IMG/VR virus record: IMGVR_UViG_3300028914_000001
Coordinates: 29,489 to 93,488 of that record
DNA from: a virus
Taxonomy: Duplodnaviria; Heunggongvirae; Uroviricota; Caudoviricetes
Strand: one strand, 5' to 3'
Length of the DNA: 64,000 bases
This document shows, piece by piece, positions 52,873 to 61,956 of the stretch. Made by a program: the position numbers and the translations under genes. The notes under the pieces are model-generated. The model was not told the DNA's origin, made no database searches, and saw nothing but the letters and a program-made list of their open reading frames with translations. Positions within the stretch are counted from its first letter, which is position 1. Every line of letters begins with the position of its first letter.

Positions 52873-53712
52873 TTAAATCGGCTTAGAACCGCACGCTCTG
52901 TATTGTTCGCTTCTGCACTTGTCGAAACAATTACCATTCATCATGAGTTCATCCCAAAGCTTAGTGAAGAATCCAGTTTCCTCTTCACAGGTCATCGCAC
53001 ACAGGCCGACACTATGTTTGGAAGCACACTTATGCCATACCGCAAGCTTCGGGGCGATTTCTTTCATGTGCCTTTTACGCTCCTCTTCCCGTTGCAGTTC
53101 AGCTGCGAGGAGGTCGTTACGGCCACTCATCCAACAGGTCACATTACCTTCCTCGTCGAAACATTTGGTCACGTCATCGACTTTCCAACGCTGCACCTCA
53201 CCCGTCGGATAGTACCATGTTTCTCGCCAAGTCTTCTCGTAAGGTTCCTTGACATAGACGGTCTTACCTTCAAGGTTATACACGAACTCCACATTGTCCT
53301 TGAACTCGTGTACCTTGGTTCCGTTAATGTACTCGCTATGGTCGTTATAGTTTCGCCAGTACACGATACCTTTACGGCGTTCGGCAATGATACGGCGACC
53401 AAGGTCGATAAGGGTAGTATCCTTCTTTTCGATGACTCGGTAGATATCGTTCCCGATATACTTTCCGCCTTTCATCTGCATGGTTTGAAGAACTGCAACC
53501 CATTCGGTCATCTTGTAGATTTCAAGATGCTGAGCTTCCAGGTCGTCAATACGGGAGTTCAACTCGTTGTTCATCTGAATGATGGTCGCTCTCGTCTGTT
53601 CTATCTTGTAATAGTTATCCAGAGCCTGACCCTTGAGGGCCGACACATCACCACGAATACCCGTTGTTGCGACATAGGCGCCAAAGGCACCAAGGAAAAG
53701 TTCAAAAAGCAT
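52873..53712 (-). CDS. membrane-anchored coiled-coil protein (279 aa)
   Basis: N-terminal TM; GGAGGCAGATAAAT RBS. Confidence 0.55.
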   Translation of the reverse strand: MLFELFLGAFGAYVATTGIRGDVSALKGQALDNYYKIEQTRATIIQMNNELNSRIDDLEAQHLEIYKMTEWVAVLQTMQMKGGKYIGNDIYRVIEKKDTTLIDLGRRIIAERRKGIVYWRNYNDHSEYINGTKVHEFKDNVEFVYNLEGKTVYVKEPYEKTWRETWYYPTGEVQRWKVDDVTKCFDEEGNVTCWMSGRNDLLAAELQREEERKRHMKEIAPKLAVWHKCASKHSVGLCAMTCEEETGFFTKLWDELMMNGNCFDKCRSEQYRACGSKPI

Positions 53713-53750
53713 ATTTATCTGCCTCCATGCAGTTGATTGTTACATGGATA

Positions 53751-53779
53751 AATATACATAATTAAATAACGCCTGTCAA
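53751..53779 (-). promoter_or_regulatory. sigma70-type promoter
   Basis: TTGACA-N17-TATATT with TTTAATTA in the spacer. Confidence 0.55.
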
Positions 53780-53790
53780 GGGGGTCATTC

Positions 53791-53959
53791 AAATTTAATG
53801 CAATTTTCTTTTAAACTTTCTGGATATTTCTAAATGAGCCAAGGGGTTGACGCCCTTTATGTGGGTAGACAGCAGCATATCGTCGTTGGAAACGGCATTC
53901 TCTTTCTTGAACCGTTCCTCAGCGGCAATAGCCTTTGCCCAGGTGTTCTTTCTTTTCAT
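53791..53959 (-). CDS. small basic protein (about 56 aa), not in the ORF track
   Basis: Open frame with ATG; weak RBS. Confidence 0.3.
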
Positions 53960-53965
53960 AACAAC

Positions 53966-54190
53966 TCATTTCAGTTTGAACCCAGTATGCTTAAACCTGT
54001 ATCCGAACGCCTTTCCGTCGTTAGCACATCCGACATCGCCAGACATGATATACATGCGCTCCTGTATCGAATGCTCTAAATCCTTCTCGACCGCTTTAAC
54101 GAGGGCATCGTCAGCAAGACCGAAGCTGCTGTAAGTTTCGACTTCCAGGTCTATTACCAGTTTTTTCTTAATCAAAATCTTGTTAGGCAT
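53966..54190 (-). CDS. hypothetical protein (74 aa)
   Basis: Track ORF with an ATG start. Confidence 0.45.
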   Translation of the reverse strand: MPNKILIKKKLVIDLEVETYSSFGLADDALVKAVEKDLEHSIQERMYIMSGDVGCANDGKAFGYRFKHTGFKLK

Positions 54191-54346
54191 CTTCTTCCTT
54201 TAAGATATGGATAGTTTCAATGTTTTCACCGAACTTGCTGTAAATCCAGTCAAGGAGTGACTTGCGGTCCTCGGCTTCATGCTCCATGTTGTGAACGAAC
54301 TTCTCGTTCTTGAAGTTCTCTATAACCACGAAAAAGTACGCTTTCA
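54185..54346 (-). CDS. small hypothetical protein (about 54 aa), not in the ORF track
   Basis: GAGGTAGAAG RBS; the stop overlaps the next start codon. Confidence 0.35.
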
Positions 54347-54350
54347 TCTT

Positions 54351-54722
54351 CTACCTCGAATTAGGTTTAATTTTACACTTGTTCTTCTTGACTGAATAGA
54401 TTGCACCCGATTCAAGAGGGATTGTCGTAACCTCGTCCTCCTGCATAAACCTGCATACCATCGAATAGTGTACCGTCATCACAGTGCCCGTATAATCAGT
54501 AGTCGTACTCACGCATGCCCCGCATGGCGTAGTCACGATTACCTCATTGTTCTTGAATATCTTAATGGAATGTCCATCCTCCCAGAACTCCTCGGGATGT
54601 TCCTTGCGGTATTTTTCACGAGACTCGTGATATTTTTGTAAACAAGTAAGTACGAACCCGGCAATAAATACCAGCCCAATAACAAACAAGATTAACCAAT
54701 AATAACGCTTTATGAAACTCAT
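54351..54722 (-). CDS. membrane protein (123 aa)
   Basis: N-terminal TM; ATGA overlap upstream. Confidence 0.5.
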   Translation of the reverse strand: MSFIKRYYWLILFVIGLVFIAGFVLTCLQKYHESREKYRKEHPEEFWEDGHSIKIFKNNEVIVTTPCGACVSTTTDYTGTVMTVHYSMVCRFMQEDEVTTIPLESGAIYSVKKNKCKIKPNSR

Positions 54723-55201
54723 GCCAACCTCATGTTATAGTCGATAATTTTATCCTTCAAGCGTTCTATCATGCGATTTCGCACGATTTCCAGTTCGAAC
54801 GGGCTTCTCGACTTATCTTCGTATCCAGCAAGAAGATTGTCGATATCCTTGATTGTATGGACATCGTTCAACATATTGTCAAAATACCCAAGGTTCAGCA
54901 TATCGGTAAGGCTAGGGCTTGCCATCTTGCTCAGCCTAATCGCATTATCGGTATCGGAAAGCCACTTCCACCCCTGAGGCGTAAGGTAGCCTTTTACCAC
55001 ATCACATGACGCAACTATCAGATGGCTGCCCCTTTCCCAAATCAATTCAATCAGCTCTTCACGATTCATCGAAGTGGCCACCATCCACATATTTTCAATA
55101 TAATGGGACCAGTGTTCGCAAACCCGCTTTATGATTCCGTGAATTTTATCTGTATTTTGTGCATCGGTAACGATGATGTAGAAGTTAAGTTCCTTAGTCA
55201 T
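54719..55201 (-). CDS. hypothetical protein (160 aa)
   Basis: CCGAGGCTAAGCAAA RBS. Confidence 0.55.
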   Translation of the reverse strand: MTKELNFYIIVTDAQNTDKIHGIIKRVCEHWSHYIENMWMVATSMNREELIELIWERGSHLIVASCDVVKGYLTPQGWKWLSDTDNAIRLSKMASPSLTDMLNLGYFDNMLNDVHTIKDIDNLLAGYEDKSRSPFELEIVRNRMIERLKDKIIDYNMRLA

Positions 55202-55511
55202 TTTGCTTAGCCTCGGGACTTTTATTCATGATTAAGTGCGGATAGAGACGTTCCTTGTTCTCATCAATCCACTCCAACAGTTCTGCAATCGCAGAAACCT
55301 CGGTTTCCGTAAATTCCTTTATGGGTTTCTTTTTGAATTTGTCGAGAAACACATAGGTGATATGGTTGTCAGGATGAAACTTCTGGATAATGCGTATCCT
55401 GGAACCAGAAAGTTCGTACTCCCTGATTTTGCAACCAGTTGATACTTCGCCATGCCAGAAACTCTTCTTGGTTTCGCTATACCATGAACTCATATAAGAA
55501 AAACTAATCAT
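55194..55511 (-). CDS. hypothetical protein (105 aa)
   Basis: GAAGGAATAATG RBS. Confidence 0.5.
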   Translation of the reverse strand: MISFSYMSSWYSETKKSFWHGEVSTGCKIREYELSGSRIRIIQKFHPDNHITYVFLDKFKKKPIKEFTETEVSAIAELLEWIDENKERLYPHLIMNKSPEAKQND

Positions 55512-55517
55512 GCTGCA

Positions 55518-56063
55518 TTATTCCTTCGGTGATGGTTTCAGTTTTTCCAACTCCATGATAATGGAATCAGTGGTCCTGAAATCCGTCCCATCGTAAATAT
55601 CGCACAAGAGACCCGCTCTACTTGGCGACCAATATTCTTTGTAAACCTCTTCCCAGAATGACTCACGAAGCTCCCAGTCAGGCAAGTCAAACCCATCATC
55701 AGTCTGGTTTTGATACCAGAACTCTCGAAGTTCAACATTTTCCTTCAAGAACTTAGCCGTCGCATTGCTCGGAAAGAACTGCAAGGCGATGTAGTTAACC
55801 CCGTTCACTTCCCGTGCGAACAAGGTACACTGAAGTTGATAATCCCAGAGCCCACCTTTTTCTGGACACTTGGTATCATCTTCCAACTGTTTTAGACGCC
55901 CAAAATTGTCCAGCTCCAACAGCTTAGGCCATTTCAACATGTCGTTCGGGACCCACTTGATGAACTTCTGGCGCAATTCGTTGACATATTTAGTCGCTTC
56001 GTAAATGTCCTTAAACTCTGCATTTTCCTTGAAGAGATATGCGTAAAACACTCTCATGCTCAT
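55518..56063 (-). CDS. hypothetical protein (181 aa)
   Basis: AAAGAGGAAACCAT RBS. Confidence 0.55.
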   Translation of the reverse strand: MSMRVFYAYLFKENAEFKDIYEATKYVNELRQKFIKWVPNDMLKWPKLLELDNFGRLKQLEDDTKCPEKGGLWDYQLQCTLFAREVNGVNYIALQFFPSNATAKFLKENVELREFWYQNQTDDGFDLPDWELRESFWEEVYKEYWSPSRAGLLCDIYDGTDFRTTDSIIMELEKLKPSPKE

Positions 56064-56353
56064 ATGGTTTCCTCTTTGTTAAATAAGTTTGCGATTTCAG
56101 GAAAGTCCTCTAATTTCACACTCCTCTTAGGGAACATGTGGTCTAACAACATTGTCACGCATTCACGTCTGTCAGACGGCAACGAATCAGTCAAGATGTC
56201 GTACGTCGGCGCATTTTTTCCAGTGAAGTGTATGGCTGCACCTACCGTATAATGCTCAACAGAAACATCCATCTGGTTTAGTCCGGCAACTGCAACAAAC
56301 GCACAGGCAATGCGATGCCCAAGCAATCCTTCTAATACTTTAAGTGCATCCAT
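56060..56353 (-). CDS. hypothetical protein (97 aa)
   Basis: AAAGGGGTCCCG RBS. Confidence 0.5.
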   Translation of the reverse strand: MDALKVLEGLLGHRIACAFVAVAGLNQMDVSVEHYTVGAAIHFTGKNAPTYDILTDSLPSDRRECVTMLLDHMFPKRSVKLEDFPEIANLFNKEETI

Positions 56354-56355
56354 AT

Positions 56356-56474
56356 TACGGGACCCCTTTTACGATATAGGTTACAATAGCAATGAGTATA
56401 CCCCAGGACACCACACACGCCGACATGATGCTCACCAGGCATACCGCAGGACTGTATCTTTCTTTGGCTTTCAT
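56356..56474 (-). CDS. tiny membrane protein (about 39 aa), not in the ORF track
   Basis: GGAGGTTTAGCG RBS; single TM helix. Confidence 0.35.
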
Positions 56475-56476
56475 CG

Positions 56477-57250
56477 CTAAACCTCCACGGTAAAATCGTC
56501 TGCGGTCAAATTGTGCAAAGCGAACGGAGTTTCCCGGTCGCTGCCATAGCCAAGCGGATTCAACATGACCTGTGTATCGCCAATCATCAGCTTATGAGCA
56601 TCGTGAGTATGACCACAGCCCCAGTATTTGATTCCCGCATAGTCGAACTGTCCAATGTTGAAATAGAAAAACTTATTCTTATCAGAACCACGGTATTTCG
56701 GATTAATGTTACATTGCCACGGTGCAAAATGGCTCAACACAATAGTCGGCTTAGCACCCGTGACAATTTCAAGCTTACGCCTTTCGTTATAGGCAACGTC
56801 CTCAATATCGGCATCCTTTCCCCAATATTTACCGTCATACCATGTAGTCTCCCATTCATATTCAGTGTGAAGGTCATACTTTACGTAATCCCAAATTCCC
56901 ATCGTACCACCAATGAGAATATTGTCAACCATGGTAAGGTTCTGACTGGTTCCCAACAGGGTAGCATTGTTTAACTTAGACGCAAAGTCTTCAATACGCT
57001 TTATCTTTTCCGCAGTAGTCTTAATATCGGGGTCCCATTCCACAGTCAAGTCGTGGTTGCCAAGGACAAAGACGAACTGCTTGCATGAGTTCGATATAAA
57101 CGACAGGCATTGCTGGATTGTCGCTAGGTTGTCCCCATAGTCCCCAGAAAGCACAAGTAAGTCAGCGCCCTTACCATACGCCTCAATCTGTTTTCTTTTT
57201 TCCTCAGTAGCATATTCATAATGAATGTCTGACAGAAACTTCACTTTCAT
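56477..57250 (-). CDS. calcineurin-like metallophosphoesterase
   Basis: DxH (LSDIHYE), GDxxD (LSGDYGD), GNHD (VLGNHD) and GHxH (CGHTHD) motifs; CTGGAGATAAAT RBS. Confidence 0.8.
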   Translation of the reverse strand: MKVKFLSDIHYEYATEEKRKQIEAYGKGADLLVLSGDYGDNLATIQQCLSFISNSCKQFVFVLGNHDLTVEWDPDIKTTAEKIKRIEDFASKLNNATLLGTSQNLTMVDNILIGGTMGIWDYVKYDLHTEYEWETTWYDGKYWGKDADIEDVAYNERRKLEIVTGAKPTIVLSHFAPWQCNINPKYRGSDKNKFFYFNIGQFDYAGIKYWGCGHTHDAHKLMIGDTQVMLNPLGYGSDRETPFALHNLTADDFTVEV

Positions 57251-57598
57251 ATTTATCTCCAGGTGGATGTCTATAATAAAAAATATAAATAAATAAACAA
57301 TTTGTCAATAGGCGCTTCAATATTTTTAATTAAATTGATTGTAAATACTTTTTTACATAAATCATCCACAATAACCTTATAGACTTAGTACAATAAACTA
57401 TATGTATGGACCATGGAAAGACTATCATGAAAATTCAGATGTTGGTTATAGGAGCCCACATACTGAGAAAACGAGAAGAAGGCGTAGATGAATCATCTAA
57501 CGTCCTCGCTAGGCAGTGGATTGACGAACACGGCCTAGAATTCAGGAAGCTTTTCCAAACCGTCAGCAGCATAGTGAAATAATTATTTATATTGCCCC

Positions 57599-57627
57599 TT
57601 GACAACCCGTTTTTAATTTTGTATATT
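57599..57627 (+). promoter_or_regulatory. sigma70-type promoter
   Basis: TTGACA-N17-TATATT with TTTTAATTTTG in the spacer. Confidence 0.6.
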
Positions 57628-57657
57628 AGAGGGTAAACGTATAAAATGAGGTACACT

Positions 57658-58221
57658 ATGCAAACTGAACCTAATATCAAAGATACAGATATGGCTGGTA
57701 CCGCTGATGTATCAAGCGGAGCAGAAAATATGGTCAATCAATCTGCTGCACCAGCCCAAGAAACAACTACAACACCCAAAAAGCGTGGACGCAAGAAAGG
57801 ATACCACCATTCAGAAGCGACCAAAGCCCAAATGAGACGAGCACGCATTGGTGTACATCCATCGGAAGAAACGAAGGAAAAGATTTCCAAATCCAAGGAA
57901 GGCAAGACTCAGTCGGAAACGGCGAAGCTCAAAATGAGCGACACCCGTCGTTACAACTTCCTCCGAAAGAAGATTGAATCCGCCTTACACGGAACGTCAA
58001 CAATAGTTGATGTCGTTGCGCTTTTCAACCGAAAGGACGCAATCACTGTAACCATGTCAGAGTTCGCAGAGAACATATACAAAATCGCACACGACAAGGT
58101 CGATGGACTCATTAACACAAAGGCTGACCGAAAGGCACAAAATGCCGCCTATAAGGAAATCCTCAGACAAATCAAGGAGCTTTACAATGAGCGAATCAAA
58201 GAACTCTCAAACGCAAACTAA
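57658..58221 (+). CDS. NUMOD3-repeat DNA-binding protein (no nuclease domain detected)
   Basis: Two G..H(S)E(E/A)TK..(I/M)...G NUMOD3 motifs; GAGGT RBS. Confidence 0.5.
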   Translation: MQTEPNIKDTDMAGTADVSSGAENMVNQSAAPAQETTTTPKKRGRKKGYHHSEATKAQMRRARIGVHPSEETKEKISKSKEGKTQSETAKLKMSDTRRYNFLRKKIESALHGTSTIVDVVALFNRKDAITVTMSEFAENIYKIAHDKVDGLINTKADRKAQNAAYKEILRQIKELYNERIKELSNAN

Positions 58222-58855
58222 CGAAGAAGAGGCCGAACACGAAAAGGTTGTATTCGACGAAATGGGGTTCCCGGAGCGTGAACGCCCGAAATCGTTGAGC
58301 GACCTGATACGGTTCTGCAAGAACCGCCTAGGGAAGAATGCCGAGTTCGGGTATTGGGACGATAAAGGGTTTCCTGCATGCACTTACTACAAGGCGTTCC
58401 TTGGCCTCCTAGGGAATGGTATTCTTGCATACGATAGCGAGGAAATGATTGCACAATGCGCAGAAGATTGCGACATGTCGTATGAAGAGGCGATGGAGGC
58501 TCTCGACTACAACACATTCTGCTGCTACATGGGCCCCCAGACTCCTAAGCACATCACTCCTGTCAAGTTCCCCGAGAATCCCGAAGAGGAATTCAAAGAG
58601 ATGGAAGGAGACATGCTCACGTACATTCCTGACTGCGACAACGCCCTTGTCGGATTCATGGAAACACCTACCGGGCTTTGCTGCGTTTACAACATGAAGC
58701 TTCTTCCTGACTCTGTGAAGAACTGCAAGTACATGAGACGAGACCTACTGCTCGACCCGTACGAAAAGATTCCGTTCGACCGACAGGCCTTGAAAAAGAA
58801 GCTCGAAGCCGCAAAGGCAAAAAAGGCTAAGAAGAAGGCTAAGCATAGACGCTGA
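58187..58855 (+). CDS. hypothetical protein with a Lys-rich tail (222 aa)
   Basis: AAGGAG RBS; overlaps the previous gene by 35 nt. Confidence 0.5.
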   Translation: MSESKNSQTQTNEEEAEHEKVVFDEMGFPERERPKSLSDLIRFCKNRLGKNAEFGYWDDKGFPACTYYKAFLGLLGNGILAYDSEEMIAQCAEDCDMSYEEAMEALDYNTFCCYMGPQTPKHITPVKFPENPEEEFKEMEGDMLTYIPDCDNALVGFMETPTGLCCVYNMKLLPDSVKNCKYMRRDLLLDPYEKIPFDRQALKKKLEAAKAKKAKKKAKHRR

Positions 58856-58905
58856 CGCCTCTTCCTACCTTGATAAACTTTATGCGAATTGGGCAGGTAA
58901 CTAAA

Positions 58906-59301
58906 ATGACTTACGAGAAATTTTGCAACATAATGAGAAAGAGCAGACTGCTTTCAAAGGTCAGCGTAATCAATTCTGACAGGCAGTATTGCATCATCGA
59001 CAGAAAATGCCCCGAGCGGAAAGTAATCATCGCCCCGTCGGACAACGGAGGCGTTACGGTTGCTTTCAACAAGGTCGGCATTGGCAGCTACCCGTTCAAG
59101 TCACTTCACCTGACCCTATCCGCAAATGCGGTTTTCGACATCCCGCCTCAGGAGATGCAAACGAGCATTGACGTAAATATTCTTTTACATTGGGCAATAT
59201 CCGAATGTTTCCTCGGAAAGCCAGAACGTCCGTTACTGAAACGGATGTGGATAAAGATGATAAGGACGTGGCAGCACTTCCTTATCAGGTTCAGACATTA
59301 A
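58906..59301 (+). CDS. hypothetical protein (131 aa)
   Basis: ATG inside the track ORF. Confidence 0.45.
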   Translation: MTYEKFCNIMRKSRLLSKVSVINSDRQYCIIDRKCPERKVIIAPSDNGGVTVAFNKVGIGSYPFKSLHLTLSANAVFDIPPQEMQTSIDVNILLHWAISECFLGKPERPLLKRMWIKMIRTWQHFLIRFRH

Positions 59302-59966
59302 GCCCAGCTGGGCAGTTTATCCGTCAATGTCTTGTCGAAGACGGTACGCTTTGCGTCATATATCCTGAATCCATTGTATCTAAACCACGGTTCCATGAAG
59401 TATTCGCAAATATACCCATCAATTCGTGGGCTTTTAAACTTATGGATTTCATCAAAGTCTTTAAGAACCCCATTGAATATAAAATCAAAGAACATATTGG
59501 CAAGTCCCTTACGGCAAATAAACATGTTTCCAAGGTAAATATGGTCACCAATAAAGTTCGTTTTAAAATAGTTCGCCATATCTTTGCCGAAATTCACCTG
59601 GACGACGGCCAAGCCTAGTGCAAGTTCATTGCGCTTCCCGGTCATAGTCATGTGTTCCATGGCGTTCTGTTTCAATTCACTCCTGAACATGATGACATCA
59701 TTCTTTTTAAGGATGCCACGTATTTCGAAATCAGAAAGCAGGGTTCCGTTATCGTTGGTGAAGTACCTTCTATAATGTTCAAGGCCTACGATATCGTCAT
59801 TACAATGCTTCCATAGGTAATACATGCCCGTAAGCTCACTATACCAAGGGTTGAGCGAATCTATATTATCGCCATCATGGTCAACATCGACCAAGAACTT
59901 CTCCCTAATATCATCAAGAGGTCGAAACTTGGTTTTGCTGCTTCCTACAACATATATCTTAGTCAT
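59298..59966 (-). CDS. DUF4422-family protein (putative glycosyltransferase of polysaccharide loci)
   Basis: MTKIYVVGSSK...NPWYSELTGMYYLWKH matches the DUF4422 signature; start overlaps the GT2 stop. Confidence 0.6.
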   Translation of the reverse strand: MTKIYVVGSSKTKFRPLDDIREKFLVDVDHDGDNIDSLNPWYSELTGMYYLWKHCNDDIVGLEHYRRYFTNDNGTLLSDFEIRGILKKNDVIMFRSELKQNAMEHMTMTGKRNELALGLAVVQVNFGKDMANYFKTNFIGDHIYLGNMFICRKGLANMFFDFIFNGVLKDFDEIHKFKSPRIDGYICEYFMEPWFRYNGFRIYDAKRTVFDKTLTDKLPSWA

Positions 59967-61104
59967 GGGCCAACCCAGCCTTCTTTTCTTCCAGTTTCTT
60001 GACAAATCTCTGAACATCGGCGTCAAATGAATTTAATTCAGGTACATCACCGACATCCCCAAAGAACGCCTCATTGTTCTGTACCGTCCGAGAATCTGGA
60101 TGTATAGCCTTCGCCATCTCATGATACCGCTTTCCAGTCAGCTTGTCTCCAGTGTACCAGTAGCAGCAGCTGAGCCAAATCAGGCTCAAGAAATTGAATT
60201 CGGTATCCTCCTTGAAATACTCGCTAGTGTGGCCAAGACCGTTCACGATGGCAAGGAAATACATAGCCGCCTCCTTGTACTTCTTCGTGTTGTACAAGGC
60301 CAATGCGCAGTTGTATAGAAGACGGTTGCTCATCCCGTACTTGACGATGGACCGGGCCAGGAAGGAAATCATGTCCTCAGTCATTCCGGCATTGCCGATG
60401 ATTTCTGCGGACATCCGTGTAGCCTCGATACAGTCCTCAACCCAAGAATCATTCTGCTTGAAGAACTTGGAAAACCATTCGAGAGCCTCCTCGTTTTCTC
60501 CATTCCAATACAGCTCCTTAGCAAAGTAGAGCATATCCCTCGTGTTGAACTTTACATTCTCCTTCAACTTTTCTTTGAAGATTGCCAGGTTCCTTCCCGA
60601 ATCACGAGCAATGCTGTTTGCGGGCTTGCTATGAGTAACAGTGAAGTCCAAAGTTATTCTGGGTGTAGTCGATGCCAGATACTCATGAACGAATCCTGCC
60701 CATCGGCATGAACCTCTCTTAATGATACGTGTTACCGTAGTCGTCAGGTCATTACCTACATAGTACTTCGCCATGAAGGCGTCGCACACAAATGAGGACA
60801 AGGTATGTTTATACTCATTGATAGCTCTCTGGTTAGCCTCGTCAATGACATCGTCACAATCCAGCCACATCACATAGTCCTGTGTAGCTTTGTCGAAACT
60901 AAAATTCCTTGCTGCGGAAAAATCATTTATCCACTTGAAGTCGAATACCTTGTCAGTATACTTGGATGCGATTTCCTTTGTGTTGTCGGTCGAACCCGTA
61001 TCAACAACGACAATCTCGTCAGCGAACGACTTTACACATTCAAGACACCTTCCTATAACCTCGGATTCATTCTTAGCAATGATGCAAACGCTCAATGTAC
61101 TCAT
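59959..61104 (-). CDS. family-2 glycosyltransferase with C-terminal TPR-like repeats
   Basis: CIIAKNESEVIGRCL...DEIVVVDTGSTD...DDFSAARN...DCDD GT-A fold motifs. Confidence 0.85.
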   Translation of the reverse strand: MSTLSVCIIAKNESEVIGRCLECVKSFADEIVVVDTGSTDNTKEIASKYTDKVFDFKWINDFSAARNFSFDKATQDYVMWLDCDDVIDEANQRAINEYKHTLSSFVCDAFMAKYYVGNDLTTTVTRIIKRGSCRWAGFVHEYLASTTPRITLDFTVTHSKPANSIARDSGRNLAIFKEKLKENVKFNTRDMLYFAKELYWNGENEEALEWFSKFFKQNDSWVEDCIEATRMSAEIIGNAGMTEDMISFLARSIVKYGMSNRLLYNCALALYNTKKYKEAAMYFLAIVNGLGHTSEYFKEDTEFNFLSLIWLSCCYWYTGDKLTGKRYHEMAKAIHPDSRTVQNNEAFFGDVGDVPELNSFDADVQRFVKKLEEKKAGLAHD

Positions 61105-61186
61105 GTTAATCTAATTAGTTTCAATCTATCAGTAAAATACATTTTTTAACTTTTTACATTTTTTGTACTTTTTTTCAAAACCCTCT

Positions 61187-61214
61187 TGACAATCATGTTT
61201 TAATTATGTATATT
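61187..61214 (+). promoter_or_regulatory. sigma70-type promoter
   Basis: TTGACA-N16-TATATT with TTTTAATTATG in the spacer. Confidence 0.6.
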
Positions 61215-61242
61215 AGTATCGTAAACCAAAAGGAGTATAACC

Positions 61243-61905
61243 ATGAAAAAAACAATCATCCTCATCATCTGCATCTTGGCGACCGCCCTGTTCGCTAACC
61301 AAGAAAAGCATAACATCACAAAACTATACGGAACAGGCATTGCATTCAACGAACACTACATCGTCACCACAGGCGATATTGCTCGCCATACAAAGAAACT
61401 GGATTCCATCGTCGTTATGGTAAACGACGAGCCAATTATCGCCAGAGTAGAACATTCGGCAGACACCCTGCTCGATAGTACAAAGAATGAATATGTCAAT
61501 TTGGCTATTATCCAAGTTGACAACAAGGTATGGCTCAACTCGTGCAAAATCGAAGACCGAGCAATTCGAACAGGTGAGCCCGTCACCGTAACTGGATATC
61601 TCGAAACAAATCCAAAAGTTCAGCCAAATGCGTTCCCTGCGAAGGTTATTACCGACACGAATTTCCCGGAGTATGTCGCCCGTGCGATTGACACCCGATT
61701 GCCAGGTGGGTTCAGCGGTTCCGCAATATCTAGTCACGGAAAGGTAATCGGATTGGGTTTCCGAAACGGCACGAACAACCAAGGCAAGTCATTCTTCTAT
61801 GACGGAATGCTATTATCAAGATACATCTTGAACCAAAACAGGCCGTCAACGACCGATGTATCAAAATGCACATACCAAGTGCGAAGCTACGTTACCGTGA
61901 AGTAA
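61243..61905 (+). CDS. secreted trypsin-like (S1-family) serine protease
   Basis: Signal peptide; IVTTGDIARH (His region) and PGGFSGSAI (GxSGS catalytic Ser motif); AAAGGAG RBS. Confidence 0.55.
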   Translation: MKKTIILIICILATALFANQEKHNITKLYGTGIAFNEHYIVTTGDIARHTKKLDSIVVMVNDEPIIARVEHSADTLLDSTKNEYVNLAIIQVDNKVWLNSCKIEDRAIRTGEPVTVTGYLETNPKVQPNAFPAKVITDTNFPEYVARAIDTRLPGGFSGSAISSHGKVIGLGFRNGTNNQGKSFFYDGMLLSRYILNQNRPSTTDVSKCTYQVRSYVTVK

Positions 61906-61908
61906 CTC

Positions 61909-61940
61909 AAAAAGCCCCTCGCATTGAGGGGCTTTTATAT
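61909..61940. terminator. bidirectional rho-independent terminator
   Basis: AAAAAGCCCCTC-gcatt-GAGGGGCTTTTAT. Confidence 0.75.
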
Positions 61941-61956
61941 ATGGATAATTTCTTGG

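Noticed and set aside
57435-57737. 100-aa minus-strand ORF
   Set aside because: It spans the plus-strand promoter 57599-57627 and the start of the NUMOD3 gene, against the local transcription direction.
59303-59316. Perfect 12-bp palindrome GCCCAGCTGGGC between convergent genes as a terminator
   Set aside because: The stem is only 5-6 bp with a poor U-tract; it may be a restriction-like or protein-binding site instead.
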